Shown here: in pieces, positions 10,620-19,439 of the stretch | Layout: every line of letters starts with the position of its first letter | Position numbering within the stretch: the first letter of the stretch is position 1 | Source of the DNA: a bacterium | GTDB taxonomy: Bacteria > Patescibacteriota > Microgenomatia > CAZETR01 > Amesbacteraceae | Direction of reading: 5' to 3' | Length of the DNA: 53,707 bases | NCBI GenBank assembly: GCA_030647735.1 | Contig: JAUSIY010000044.1 | Span: 1-53,707, forward strand | Translations under genes and position numbers: made by a program | The notes under the pieces: generated by a model | What the model was told of the DNA's origin: nothing | Database searches by the model: none | Seen by the model: the letters and a program-made list of their open reading frames with translations, nothing else

Positions 10620-12287
10620 CTATCTCACTTGAGTTTGATATATTTTGGCCATCTCGTCAATACCTGTTGCATCCTGAGGCTGTTTTTCCCGCCAGGAAAT
10701 CAATCGAGGGAAACGTAGGGCCAGACCGCTGGTATGCATAGATGACTTGGTTATCTCATCCGCCTGAACCTCTACTACTATTTGAGGTTTAGCCCATACA
10801 TCGACCAGCATTCCTTTTTTCACCTGGTAACTGGCCGGTTTTTCAGTCAACTTAATTCCATCAATTTCTTTTTTCATCCGCCGCCATTCCTCGTCAGTCA
10901 GACCGGTGCCAACTTTAGCGATTGTAAAATAGGCATCCTTCTGTTTGTCGTATACCCCGATCAAAAAGTCTCCAATTCCAAAATCTGAACGTTTCCCTTG
11001 ACCTGCGTCATAGCCCATGACCACAGCGTCAATAGTGTCCGCCAGAGCTGATTTAGCGTAACTTTTCTTGTATTTGATCCAGTTGAAATCCCTGCTTCCC
11101 GCCCGATACGGGCCTTCCAGTTTTTTGGCAATTATCCCCTCTGTCCCGTCCCCCAGAGCAGTGTGGAAAAACTTTTCTATGCTATCTTCATCCTCGGCAA
11201 TAATTCTTTCCATTAATTTTACTCTCTCTCCTTTAGCTACTAGTTTGATCAATTGTTCCCACCGGTCTGAGTTAGGCCTGGACATAATGTTTTTATCCTC
11301 TACTACCAACACGTCAAATAAGTAAATGGTCAGGGGGATTTTTCCGGCCATGGCAGAAATATCATATTTACGCTTGCGTTGAACCGTTTCTTGAAATGGT
11401 AAAAAACGGCCATTTTCACCTACGGCGATCATTTCCCCCTCCACAATACAGTCTTTATCAAGCTGATGTTTAAAACCCTGAACAATGTCAGGGTACATAC
11501 TAGTTACATCCTCTAAGCCCCGGCTGAATAGTTTCACTTCGTCTTTTTTGACATGAGCCTGAATCCGCAGTCCGTCTAGTTTGTATTCCACCGCACAACG
11601 ACTATTTCGAGCCCAAATATCGCCGGCTGAAGTAGCTCGTTCGGCTTTAGCCATTAAAATAGGAGTGCCAATCTTAGGCTCTAGAATCTTGGGCTTACCA
11701 TGAGTTTTAATCGCCGTCACCACTTCCCCCAAATCGGCCCGGACATTGTAACCGGCCTCGATTTCACCCCGTAAACTCTTGTTACCTGTTAGCATCCAAG
11801 ACAAACTGTCGAGAACAGTCATATCGGAAAACCCGGTACGCATCTTGCCTAAAATCATGCGGGCCACATATTTGGCTGACAAGGGGTCCAGATCTGCCAG
11901 CAAAGATTTCATCAAAGAAACTTTTTTTTCCTGACTGCCTCCTCCTCCCGCCTCAGTGATTTCCTTAAGTCTTTCATAGACGTTACTAATGGAAATATCG
12001 CTGTGATGGCCTAAGCTAAATTTCTCGGCCACCAGACCCAAGTCACCCAGCTTTTTAAATAGTTCCGTAGCCCGCTCTCCTAAAGCTCTTAGCAGCATTT
12101 TATCAGCCACTTGAAACTGGGGATTGGCATATAACGGTCCCAATCTGCCCTGAGAAAGATATGCAATCAGCTTGGCGTCAGCAACGGTTGCTTCCTTAAA
12201 TAGTTGGGCCAAAATAACCGTCATTTCGTTCCTGCTGCTCGTTTGTTCCAATCTCTGCAAGTATTTCGCCAGCTCCCCGAATTTCAT
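10620..12287 (-). CDS. lig: ATP-dependent DNA ligase, three-domain Lig1/archaeal type
   Basis: Adenylation motif I AVEYKLDGLRIQ (KxDG) plus EGEMIA, EGIIAK and WIKYK motifs. An N-terminal DNA-binding domain of about 220 aa precedes a C-terminal OB domain. Confidence 0.9.
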   Translation of the reverse strand: MKFGELAKYLQRLEQTSSRNEMTVILAQLFKEATVADAKLIAYLSQGRLGPLYANPQFQVADKMLLRALGERATELFKKLGDLGLVAEKFSLGHHSDISISNVYERLKEITEAGGGGSQEKKVSLMKSLLADLDPLSAKYVARMILGKMRTGFSDMTVLDSLSWMLTGNKSLRGEIEAGYNVRADLGEVVTAIKTHGKPKILEPKIGTPILMAKAERATSAGDIWARNSRCAVEYKLDGLRIQAHVKKDEVKLFSRGLEDVTSMYPDIVQGFKHQLDKDCIVEGEMIAVGENGRFLPFQETVQRKRKYDISAMAGKIPLTIYLFDVLVVEDKNIMSRPNSDRWEQLIKLVAKGERVKLMERIIAEDEDSIEKFFHTALGDGTEGIIAKKLEGPYRAGSRDFNWIKYKKSYAKSALADTIDAVVMGYDAGQGKRSDFGIGDFLIGVYDKQKDAYFTIAKVGTGLTDEEWRRMKKEIDGIKLTEKPASYQVKKGMLVDVWAKPQIVVEVQADEITKSSMHTSGLALRFPRLISWREKQPQDATGIDEMAKIYQTQVR

Positions 12288-12301
12288 ACTGGCATTTTAC
12301 C

Positions 12302-12487
12302 TCACATATAACCCCGGAGGTAGAAGTAGCCGAAGGCCACCACCACCAGAAAGATGGTTCCAAACATGACACTCACCCAGCCGGCCTGGTAGTGCACCAT
12401 CTTGTATACTCCCTCTCCCACTAAAGTCAGTCCGAATAGAGTAGGTAGCACTAGCATGACGTATAACAATTGGGTATCAGTGCCCAT
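12302..12487 (-). CDS. hypothetical small two-TM membrane protein
   Basis: 61-aa ORF with two hydrophobic helices, tightly packed between fic and lig. Confidence 0.4.
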   Translation of the reverse strand: MGTDTQLLYVMLVLPTLFGLTLVGEGVYKMVHYQAGWVSVMFGTIFLVVVAFGYFYLRGYM

Positions 12488-12492
12488 AGAGG

Positions 12493-13593
12493 TTATTTTT
12501 TAATGACATAGTGGGCAGCCTTCGTACTACCCTTTTTAACTACTACTCCCTTAATCATCAGGTCTTTCAAATCTCTTAAGATGGTATCTTCCGATACCAT
12601 GGGCAGTTGAGTGCGAGCTTCAGCCATTGTCATTTGACTGTTGGCATTTAAGTATTCCATCAGTTTCATTTGCCGCTCAGACAAAGTCACTTGCTTTCCC
12701 TGCTGCTTTCGAATCTGGGTATCTACCGATACTTGCCGGACACTTTCTTTAATTCTGGTTAGTTCAATAGCCAGAGCCTGAGTGAAAGTCTCCAGCCAGG
12801 GGGTCAGATCCCTGTCTTCCAATTTGGTGGCCTGATTAGATACTGTCATCAGACTGCCAAAATAGTCTTCGGCATGCTTGTCAAAATATTCCTCCAGAGC
12901 AAAAAAGCGTTTAATGTCATATCCTTCCATCACCAGTACTAAGGTGGCCAAAGCCCGAGCCGTTCGGCCGTTGCCTTCTACAAAAGGATGTACTGCAGCC
13001 AGTACATAATGGGTAATTCCGGCTCGAATCACCGGATGCTCACTCCGGCCAAAATCAGAGTTCAACCAGCGCAGAAAGTCCTCCACTAAAAAGGGCACCT
13101 CCAAAGGTGTCGGAGGGCGGAAACCTACTTCTCCCGTGACTGAGTTACGTAGAACCACCTGGACGGTACGTAACTGCCCAGATTTTTCCAGCTCCACCAA
13201 CTTGTCAGTTACCAGCTGGTGAATTTGCAACAATAACTCTTTGGAATACTCAAGCTGAGTTCTGGCCGCTGCTTTGAGTTGCTCCAGGTGGTCCAATACC
13301 CGCCGGTAGTTAATGACCTCCTGCACATCCCGCTCCCGGCCGACCACCCCAGCTGCAGCAGCCTGTTCTGGGGTATCGAGGACTTGATCTACAATAATCT
13401 GGGCCTGCTGCAGGGTAAGATCATTGCCCTCCAAAGCCGTTCCGTAGTGAGCCGCTTTGAGTCTGGCTTCAGATTGAAATTTAGCCTCCCAGGCGGGAAT
13501 AATGGGAGCGTTCTCGATAACTTCCCGAGCAGCCTCAACTAAACCGATGTTTTTCAGTATGGCTGTGGTTATTCTATACCTAGGTATGTACAT
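12493..13593 (-). CDS. fic: Fic-family protein with C-terminal winged-helix domain
   Basis: Canonical Fic motif HPFVEGNGRTARAL, an N-terminal helix with GTALEGN, and a C-terminal wHTH-like region (LMEYL...ILRDLKDLMIKGVVVKKG). Confidence 0.85.
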   Translation of the reverse strand: MYIPRYRITTAILKNIGLVEAAREVIENAPIIPAWEAKFQSEARLKAAHYGTALEGNDLTLQQAQIIVDQVLDTPEQAAAAGVVGRERDVQEVINYRRVLDHLEQLKAAARTQLEYSKELLLQIHQLVTDKLVELEKSGQLRTVQVVLRNSVTGEVGFRPPTPLEVPFLVEDFLRWLNSDFGRSEHPVIRAGITHYVLAAVHPFVEGNGRTARALATLVLVMEGYDIKRFFALEEYFDKHAEDYFGSLMTVSNQATKLEDRDLTPWLETFTQALAIELTRIKESVRQVSVDTQIRKQQGKQVTLSERQMKLMEYLNANSQMTMAEARTQLPMVSEDTILRDLKDLMIKGVVVKKGSTKAAHYVIKK

Positions 13594-13635
13594 GCGTTAA
13601 TTTTACGGTAAATCTGCGGAAATTACAAGCCTAGC

Positions 13636-13992
13636 CTATACTTTTGCCGGCGGGATAGTCTTGAGGTCTACCTTGATTGATCTGACTAGTTGAGTTCCAA
13701 TGGTGGCAATTTTAGCTCCGGCAGTGACTACAAAACCCATAAATAGCAGGTAGAAAGTCAAGTTAAGAGGGTCATTGATAAGTTGAGGGGAAATGAGCTC
13801 TGACTTGGCCTGTCCCTGTGAAGGTAAACCTGCTCCCAAAAGCTGAGACATATCAAACCCAACGCCGCTAAGGTTAAATAATTGAGGAGGGGCCTGCTTG
13901 CCTGAAAAAACTGACCACACCAGAAGAATAGCCAGGAGAATCATCCCCACCCCGATGGTTATTAATGAGTAGCCCAAAACTTTTTCTGACAT
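13636..13992 (-). CDS. hypothetical membrane protein
   Basis: 118-aa ORF with an N-terminal and a C-terminal TM helix. No family recognised. Confidence 0.45.
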   Translation of the reverse strand: MSEKVLGYSLITIGVGMILLAILLVWSVFSGKQAPPQLFNLSGVGFDMSQLLGAGLPSQGQAKSELISPQLINDPLNLTFYLLFMGFVVTAGAKIATIGTQLVRSIKVDLKTIPPAKV

Positions 13993-14004
13993 CCCTTATT
14001 TATA

Positions 14005-15009
14005 TCACTTTTCAACACTAGACAAGTTAATTTTCCCCCCGTTAATTTTGGGTAAAACTTCCTCATCGGCTGTAGTCAGAATTATCTGGCCTCCCAGATG
14101 CATATGCTCGTCAACTAAGTGCATTACCTCATTTCGGTGAGAGCGATCCAACTCCGAAAAAATATCATCTAATAACAGAAGAGGCTTAGTCCCAATGTCT
14201 AAGTATTTTAGTTCCCCAGTCTTTAACCACAAAACGGCCATCCGCTGTTCTCCCCGACTACCAAACTTAGAGACATCTCTGTTCTTATAATTGACAATAA
14301 AATCGTCCCGATGTGGACCCACCAAGGTAGAAGCAGCGGCCACTTCTTCCTGAGCGTATTGCTCAAGTCTGGCCTGAGAGATGATACTCTGATCATATTC
14401 AGCCTTATAGGCAGGATCTTCCGGTAAGGCTTGCAGATATTCGCTGCGTTTTAATGATAGATACTCTCCGTTTTTGATGAGCAGCCGATCCCAGAAAAAT
14501 AACTGGTTTCTGTCAGCCAGACCTTCGCGAATTAAATCCAGAAGTTTGTTGCGCTGGCGTAACCCCTTCTCGTAACTGATCAGGCAACGTCTATATTCTC
14601 TGTCAGCTTGGGAAATAACAAAGTCTAAATATCGGCGTCTAGTTGAAGGGCTGCCGGTTACTAAATCTAAATCTTGGGGTGCAAATAAGACAGCTCTGAT
14701 TCGTCCGACAAAATCGATCATTCGTCTGGCCACCCCATTAACCTCAAACTTCTTGCGGTCGTTTAAGATAACTTCGAGTTCGTTTTCTGCTGTTATGCCT
14801 TTGGCTTTGGCAAAGGTTTGGTCATAAGTTACCATTTCATTGTCCCGATCGGCCCGGAAACTTTTGCCGGTGGCCAGTAAATATATGGCTTCGACTAAAT
14901 TGCTTTTACCGCTGCCGTTTGGACCAATGACCACTGTTGTTGGCTCCAGATCAAACTTAACTTTGACATAGCTTCTGAAGTTTTGCAGTGAAATGCTGGT
15001 TAAAATCAC
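14005..15009 (-). CDS. recF: DNA replication/repair protein RecF
   Basis: N-terminus ILTSISLQNFRSY and Walker A GPNGSGKSNLVEAIYLLATGKSFR. C-terminal signature FGSRGEQR and Walker B LLLLDDIFSELD. The start codon is GTG. Confidence 0.9.
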   Translation of the reverse strand: MILTSISLQNFRSYVKVKFDLEPTTVVIGPNGSGKSNLVEAIYLLATGKSFRADRDNEMVTYDQTFAKAKGITAENELEVILNDRKKFEVNGVARRMIDFVGRIRAVLFAPQDLDLVTGSPSTRRRYLDFVISQADREYRRCLISYEKGLRQRNKLLDLIREGLADRNQLFFWDRLLIKNGEYLSLKRSEYLQALPEDPAYKAEYDQSIISQARLEQYAQEEVAAASTLVGPHRDDFIVNYKNRDVSKFGSRGEQRMAVLWLKTGELKYLDIGTKPLLLLDDIFSELDRSHRNEVMHLVDEHMHLGGQIILTTADEEVLPKINGGKINLSSVEK

Positions 15010-15037
15010 CAGCCTATTTTACCCTAGTGAAAGATAT

Positions 15038-15820
15038 TTACCTTGTCCCATCAACTTCAGGCATTTCAAATACTGTTTTCGTTCTGACCCACCTGGTTCC
15101 TATAGTATTATTAGCAACAACACCTTGAGCTCTTACTACAGGTATTTTTTTGGCCCTGACTCCATCCTTACCAATGTAGCAGGACCTTAGTATAATGGCC
15201 GAAATTTTCTCTGGGTCATTGTAGCGCTCTAAAACCTCCTCTGCAGTGACCGTATTACCCTCATGCTGCTGCCGTTGCCCAGGCTTAGCTGTAGGTTTAT
15301 CCCAATATTGTTCTCCTAAACTAAACGGGTCACCGAGCCCGTGTCCATAAGCAATTAATATCTCATGCCCAGTGCTATTACTTAGAATGTTGTTAAACCG
15401 CTCTTGCGACTTTCTGTCAGTAATCATGGTTAAAAACATATTTCGCAGCGTTCTGTAAGGCCGAGGAATAAGAAGGCCAAAAAGTGGCTCAATATTAAGA
15501 ATGGCAGGTTTTGCGGTTACACTAACTAAAGACCCCAGACCAGTTAGTCCTTCAGAGTCTCCATGTTTAGACCTGATATTTCTATCTTTGCGATCAAGAG
15601 ACTCTTGAGGTGCTAGATCGAGGTAGCGAATTGCTTGGATATGACTTGGGATAACCACATTTGATTTAGCCAAATATTCTTTTATCTTCGCGTCCAAGGA
15701 TATCACTATCTCAATTCCCCAAGAAAGTTCGTCACCCTTTTCAAAATAAACTACATTTCCTGATATGTTCTTACCCCAACCTTTTGGAACCTCTATCGAT
15801 GGCCTGTCTACACCTTCCAT
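15038..15820 (-). CDS. hypothetical protein with a clan-CD (caspase-fold)-like His-Gly / Cys dyad
   Basis: Intact 260-aa ORF with its own extended -10 box. ILIAYGHG (H160) and AIILRSCYIG (C214) each follow a hydrophobic strand, 54 residues apart. Confidence 0.5.
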   Translation of the reverse strand: MEGVDRPSIEVPKGWGKNISGNVVYFEKGDELSWGIEIVISLDAKIKEYLAKSNVVIPSHIQAIRYLDLAPQESLDRKDRNIRSKHGDSEGLTGLGSLVSVTAKPAILNIEPLFGLLIPRPYRTLRNMFLTMITDRKSQERFNNILSNSTGHEILIAYGHGLGDPFSLGEQYWDKPTAKPGQRQQHEGNTVTAEEVLERYNDPEKISAIILRSCYIGKDGVRAKKIPVVRAQGVVANNTIGTRWVRTKTVFEMPEVDGTR

Positions 15821-15904
15821 GAATTTAATATATCACCTTTAATTAAAATTTCTGGCTCTCAGAAAAATAGTAAGTACCCCGACCACTTAAAAACATATTA
15901 CTCC

Positions 15905-16339
15905 CTAGTGAATAACAAGTTCCCAGGATGACTTAAACAAAAACAACCAAAAGATTGTTCCTAATAAAGTCGCCGCGCTCACTATCAAATAATTCACTTT
16001 ATTTCTTTTTAAAAGTATTCTTGCTGTAAAAGCCGATAGGAGTGGGCCACCTATTATTCCGATTCCTAACGTAGCTGATATTTTCCCCCAATGTCTAAAC
16101 TTTTTTAACCATTTTTTCTCACTCTTCTTTTCTTGTTTCTCTATATCTTTAGCAAACTTAAAGAAGCCTTCATGACTAAAGAAGAACAAAAATAAGGCCG
16201 CATACACAGTGTTTAGAGTGATTGCAAACAAGGACTCAGGCCCGAGTCCTCTTTCAAAAATAGCTTTGGTAAATAGCCATTTAGTTCCTAGGGAGTAGGT
16301 CACTAGTACCAATAGGGCCTGCAGGTGTATCTTTCGCAT
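15905..16339 (-). CDS. hypothetical membrane protein (possibly small multidrug-export-like)
   Basis: 144 aa with four predicted TM helices and a basic central loop (KQEKKSEKKWLKKFRHW). The family assignment is tentative. Confidence 0.45.
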   Translation of the reverse strand: MRKIHLQALLVLVTYSLGTKWLFTKAIFERGLGPESLFAITLNTVYAALFLFFFSHEGFFKFAKDIEKQEKKSEKKWLKKFRHWGKISATLGIGIIGGPLLSAFTARILLKRNKVNYLIVSAATLLGTIFWLFLFKSSWELVIH

Positions 16340-16365
16340 ATGCGTCTAATTGAGTATAAATAATT

Positions 16366-17571
16366 ATGTCTTCAGATACCAAGGGAATTATTGATCAGGC
16401 TTACTCCATAGCTAAAAAATCTATCGAGTCTGATCTTCTCCCTATTGGCATTATTAATGGAGAGCATCATTATGTTGACCTGTGGGCCCGAGATAGTTTT
16501 TTTGCTTCCTTGGGAGTAAATACCTTAGGCAAAACTGAATATTCCAAATCTACCATTGAACTTTTCTTAAAATATCAGCGCTGGGACGGTCTCGTCCCTT
16601 ATCGGATTTTGCGTAGCCCTACTACTTGGGCTAAATACCGGGGTCGGCCAACTTACTTCAAAACTCCTCATCCTAACTTTCGTTCCCGCCAGTCAGGGGG
16701 GATTGTCCCAGATGGAGGTTTAATGACTATTTTGGGAGTTAGGAGTTATTTTGACACCACGAGGGACTTATCGTTTTTGAAAAAGATTTACCCCCAACTT
16801 CAGCAAGCGACAGACTGGTATGTTCATTCTTTTAACTCAGGCCTGGTCAGAGAATGGTTTCAATGTAGCTGGACTGATTCTCTCATGCAAATCGGCAATG
16901 TGCTGTACACCAATCTCTTGTATTACAAGGCACTGGCTGACATGCGCTATTTTTCTCAGCAGTTGCACTTGACTAAAGACGAGGAATACTTTGCCATATT
17001 AAGTCAGCAGATCAAGGACTTGGTTATGGCCAAGTTTTGGAACGGGCATTTCCTGGCAGACTGGATTGACTACAAACGCCAAGATTATTTTGCCTCTTAT
17101 TCTAATTTGCTGGCAGTGCTGTTTGATTTATTCGACCGGCCAAAAGCTCGGCAAGTAATAGAATATGCCCTGGCCAACTGTTGGAATCAATTCACTTTGG
17201 AAACTAACTATCCCAAATATCCGTTTTGGCGGGTCTATCCACTTAACTATCTGGCCGGAATTCCTGACTACCAAAACAGGGGTTGTTTATGGTTACAGTC
17301 CGGAATCCTGCTGACTATTGCTCTCAGTCGCTTAGGTTTCCACGACCGAGCCGTTGCCACTTTAAATGAAATCAGCCAGCAGATTATTAAGTATGGAGAC
17401 GTGTACGAAATTTATGAAAGAGACGGTCGACCTGTAAACCGCTTCTTCTATAAATCGGAAAACCATTTTTCTTGGTCATCTGGTCTTTTCCTCTACGCCT
17501 ATAGCCAAATATTTAAGACTGGCATTTCGGGCAATAGTAAGTCCCCCGACCAGACATATAGTCCTTTTTAA
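16366..17571 (+). CDS. glycogen-debranching-enzyme-like (GDE_C, six-hairpin) glycoside hydrolase
   Basis: HYVDLWARDSFFASLG and later SWSSGLFLYAY resemble amylo-alpha-1,6-glucosidase C-terminal family motifs. Confidence 0.65.
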   Translation: MSSDTKGIIDQAYSIAKKSIESDLLPIGIINGEHHYVDLWARDSFFASLGVNTLGKTEYSKSTIELFLKYQRWDGLVPYRILRSPTTWAKYRGRPTYFKTPHPNFRSRQSGGIVPDGGLMTILGVRSYFDTTRDLSFLKKIYPQLQQATDWYVHSFNSGLVREWFQCSWTDSLMQIGNVLYTNLLYYKALADMRYFSQQLHLTKDEEYFAILSQQIKDLVMAKFWNGHFLADWIDYKRQDYFASYSNLLAVLFDLFDRPKARQVIEYALANCWNQFTLETNYPKYPFWRVYPLNYLAGIPDYQNRGCLWLQSGILLTIALSRLGFHDRAVATLNEISQQIIKYGDVYEIYERDGRPVNRFFYKSENHFSWSSGLFLYAYSQIFKTGISGNSKSPDQTYSPF

Positions 17572-18379
17572 TTCTAGTTTTACACCGATGACAGGGTAGC
17601 CCTGTCTGGTCGTAGACTCGGAAATGGTCCTGATAATGACCGCCCAGTCCCCGCAGATCAATGTACTTAGCGTCTGCTGCAGTGGCCCCACCGTATTTAA
17701 TCCCCTCTTCCAAAACTAGTTTCACTTTGGAAAATAATAGCTTTAGTTGTTTATCGGTTAATTTGTTACTGGGAGTTTGGGGATTTATTTTAGCCTCCCA
17801 TAAGGCATCATTGGCGTAAATATTACCTAGTCCGGAGATTACCTCTTGATCCATTAACACAAGCTTAATTGGCCGCCGCGATTTACTCACCCGCTCGGCA
17901 AATTCTTCAGTGGCCATTTCAAATGGTTCCGGCCCCAATTTTTGCAAAAACTTTTCATTGGCAATGCTGGCCTTAGTTCCGACTCTTACCCAACCAAACA
18001 GACGCTGGTCGTTAAAATATAATGTTCCTTGATCCAGTTTAAAAATTACCCGGGTATGAGCACTGGGCAAAGTTCCTACAAAATCTTCTGTGGGATGACC
18101 ACCCACTATCCGGTCTTTGTAAGTTTTCCCCTGGTCATCGTAATCCAGAACTAACTGGCCGGTCATTTTAAAGTGAAAGGCTAAGGTTAAATCCTTTTCC
18201 AGATCAATTAATAGTACTTTGGCTCGACGACGGATGTCTTCTACTTTCAAACCAACTATCTTTTTCAAATCTCCCTCCACAATTTTACTGTTGAGAACCT
18301 TGACCCACTCAACTCTTCTGCCTGGTAGTACCTTGGTCAGCTGCAGTCTAACTGTTTCTATTTCTGGTAATTCTGGCAT
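17513..18379 (-). CDS. mutM: formamidopyrimidine-DNA glycosylase (Fpg/MutM)
   Basis: N-terminus MPELPEIETV with the catalytic Pro2, H2TH region GLGNIYANDALW, and a C-terminal zinc finger CHRC...CPKC. Confidence 0.9.
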   Translation of the reverse strand: MPELPEIETVRLQLTKVLPGRRVEWVKVLNSKIVEGDLKKIVGLKVEDIRRRAKVLLIDLEKDLTLAFHFKMTGQLVLDYDDQGKTYKDRIVGGHPTEDFVGTLPSAHTRVIFKLDQGTLYFNDQRLFGWVRVGTKASIANEKFLQKLGPEPFEMATEEFAERVSKSRRPIKLVLMDQEVISGLGNIYANDALWEAKINPQTPSNKLTDKQLKLLFSKVKLVLEEGIKYGGATAADAKYIDLRGLGGHYQDHFRVYDQTGLPCHRCKTRIKKDYMSGRGTYYCPKCQS

Positions 18380-19439
18380 ATCTTTGGGCTAAGTCTATCA
18401 TTTTCTTCTGAAATTGTTGTAAAGAGAAGTTTTGAGCTTGAGATTTAATAATTTTGGTATTCCACTTCATTCTGTTAAAGCGTCCAATTGCCTTAATTAA
18501 ACCATCAGTTGAATAGTCATCAAACAAGACTCCCGTCTTGCCATCAACTACAGTTTCCTTATACCCTCCACCATTAAAAGCAATCACGGGCGTACCCATG
18601 GCCATGGCCTCTACCGGAGTCATACCGAAATCAACATTTTCTTCCAAGGCTAAAAAGGCTTTGGCTTCTCCCATTAATCTAGCTTTCTCTTCTTCACTCA
18701 CATATCCCAACGTCTCTACATTTTTAAGACCTCCGAAACCAACTGACTCGCCGGCAATTTTCAGTTTAATGCCTGTCTTGCGACTGGCCTCGACTGCCAT
18801 CTCTACACCCTTAGCCCCAACTAAGCGAGACAGGACCAAAAAATAATCTTGGCGGGGGCCAATCTTTACTTGAACCATATCTATGGGAGGATAAACTATT
18901 TCCGAGTCCCGACGATAGAACTTAGTAATCCGATTGGCTACTTCTTGAGAGTTGGCTACAAACACATCCACTTTCTGCGCTTGATTAAAATCGTACATGC
19001 GCAGAAAATGGCCGACGATTAACGCATAAACCTTGACCGGCCAGTACTTTTGAAAATTTATTGATGTCGGATATCCGTATAACCAGCGGGGTGGGGTATG
19101 ACAATAGCAGATTTCGGGAACGTTAAATTTTTTACCTAGACCCTTGGTGATATACCAACTGGCCGAACTGATTACCAAGTCGTATCCGGAAAAATCAAAG
19201 CCGCCCCAAATCCAAGGAATTAAAAACCTCAAAGGACTGTACAAGTGAGCCAGTCCCGGTATCCATCCAAACCAAGAAGAAACAATTTTTTTGCCACTAA
19301 AGGCTTTGGCCGCCGTCGAACCGGAAACGGCAAAAGCAGTGTAGATGGGCGCGTCCGGCCACAAATTGGAGAGGGCTAAAAGAACCCGTTCTGCTCCCCC
19401 GTACTCGCGCAAGTAATCATGGACTAAAGCTACTTTCAT
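18348..19439 (-). CDS. GT4-family (GT-B) glycosyltransferase
   Basis: C-terminal EENVDFGMTPVEAMAMGTPVIAFNGGGYKETV resembles the E-x7-E retaining glycosyltransferase motif. Confidence 0.8.
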   Translation of the reverse strand: MKVALVHDYLREYGGAERVLLALSNLWPDAPIYTAFAVSGSTAAKAFSGKKIVSSWFGWIPGLAHLYSPLRFLIPWIWGGFDFSGYDLVISSASWYITKGLGKKFNVPEICYCHTPPRWLYGYPTSINFQKYWPVKVYALIVGHFLRMYDFNQAQKVDVFVANSQEVANRITKFYRRDSEIVYPPIDMVQVKIGPRQDYFLVLSRLVGAKGVEMAVEASRKTGIKLKIAGESVGFGGLKNVETLGYVSEEEKARLMGEAKAFLALEENVDFGMTPVEAMAMGTPVIAFNGGGYKETVVDGKTGVLFDDYSTDGLIKAIGRFNRMKWNTKIIKSQAQNFSLQQFQKKMIDLAQRYARITRNRNS

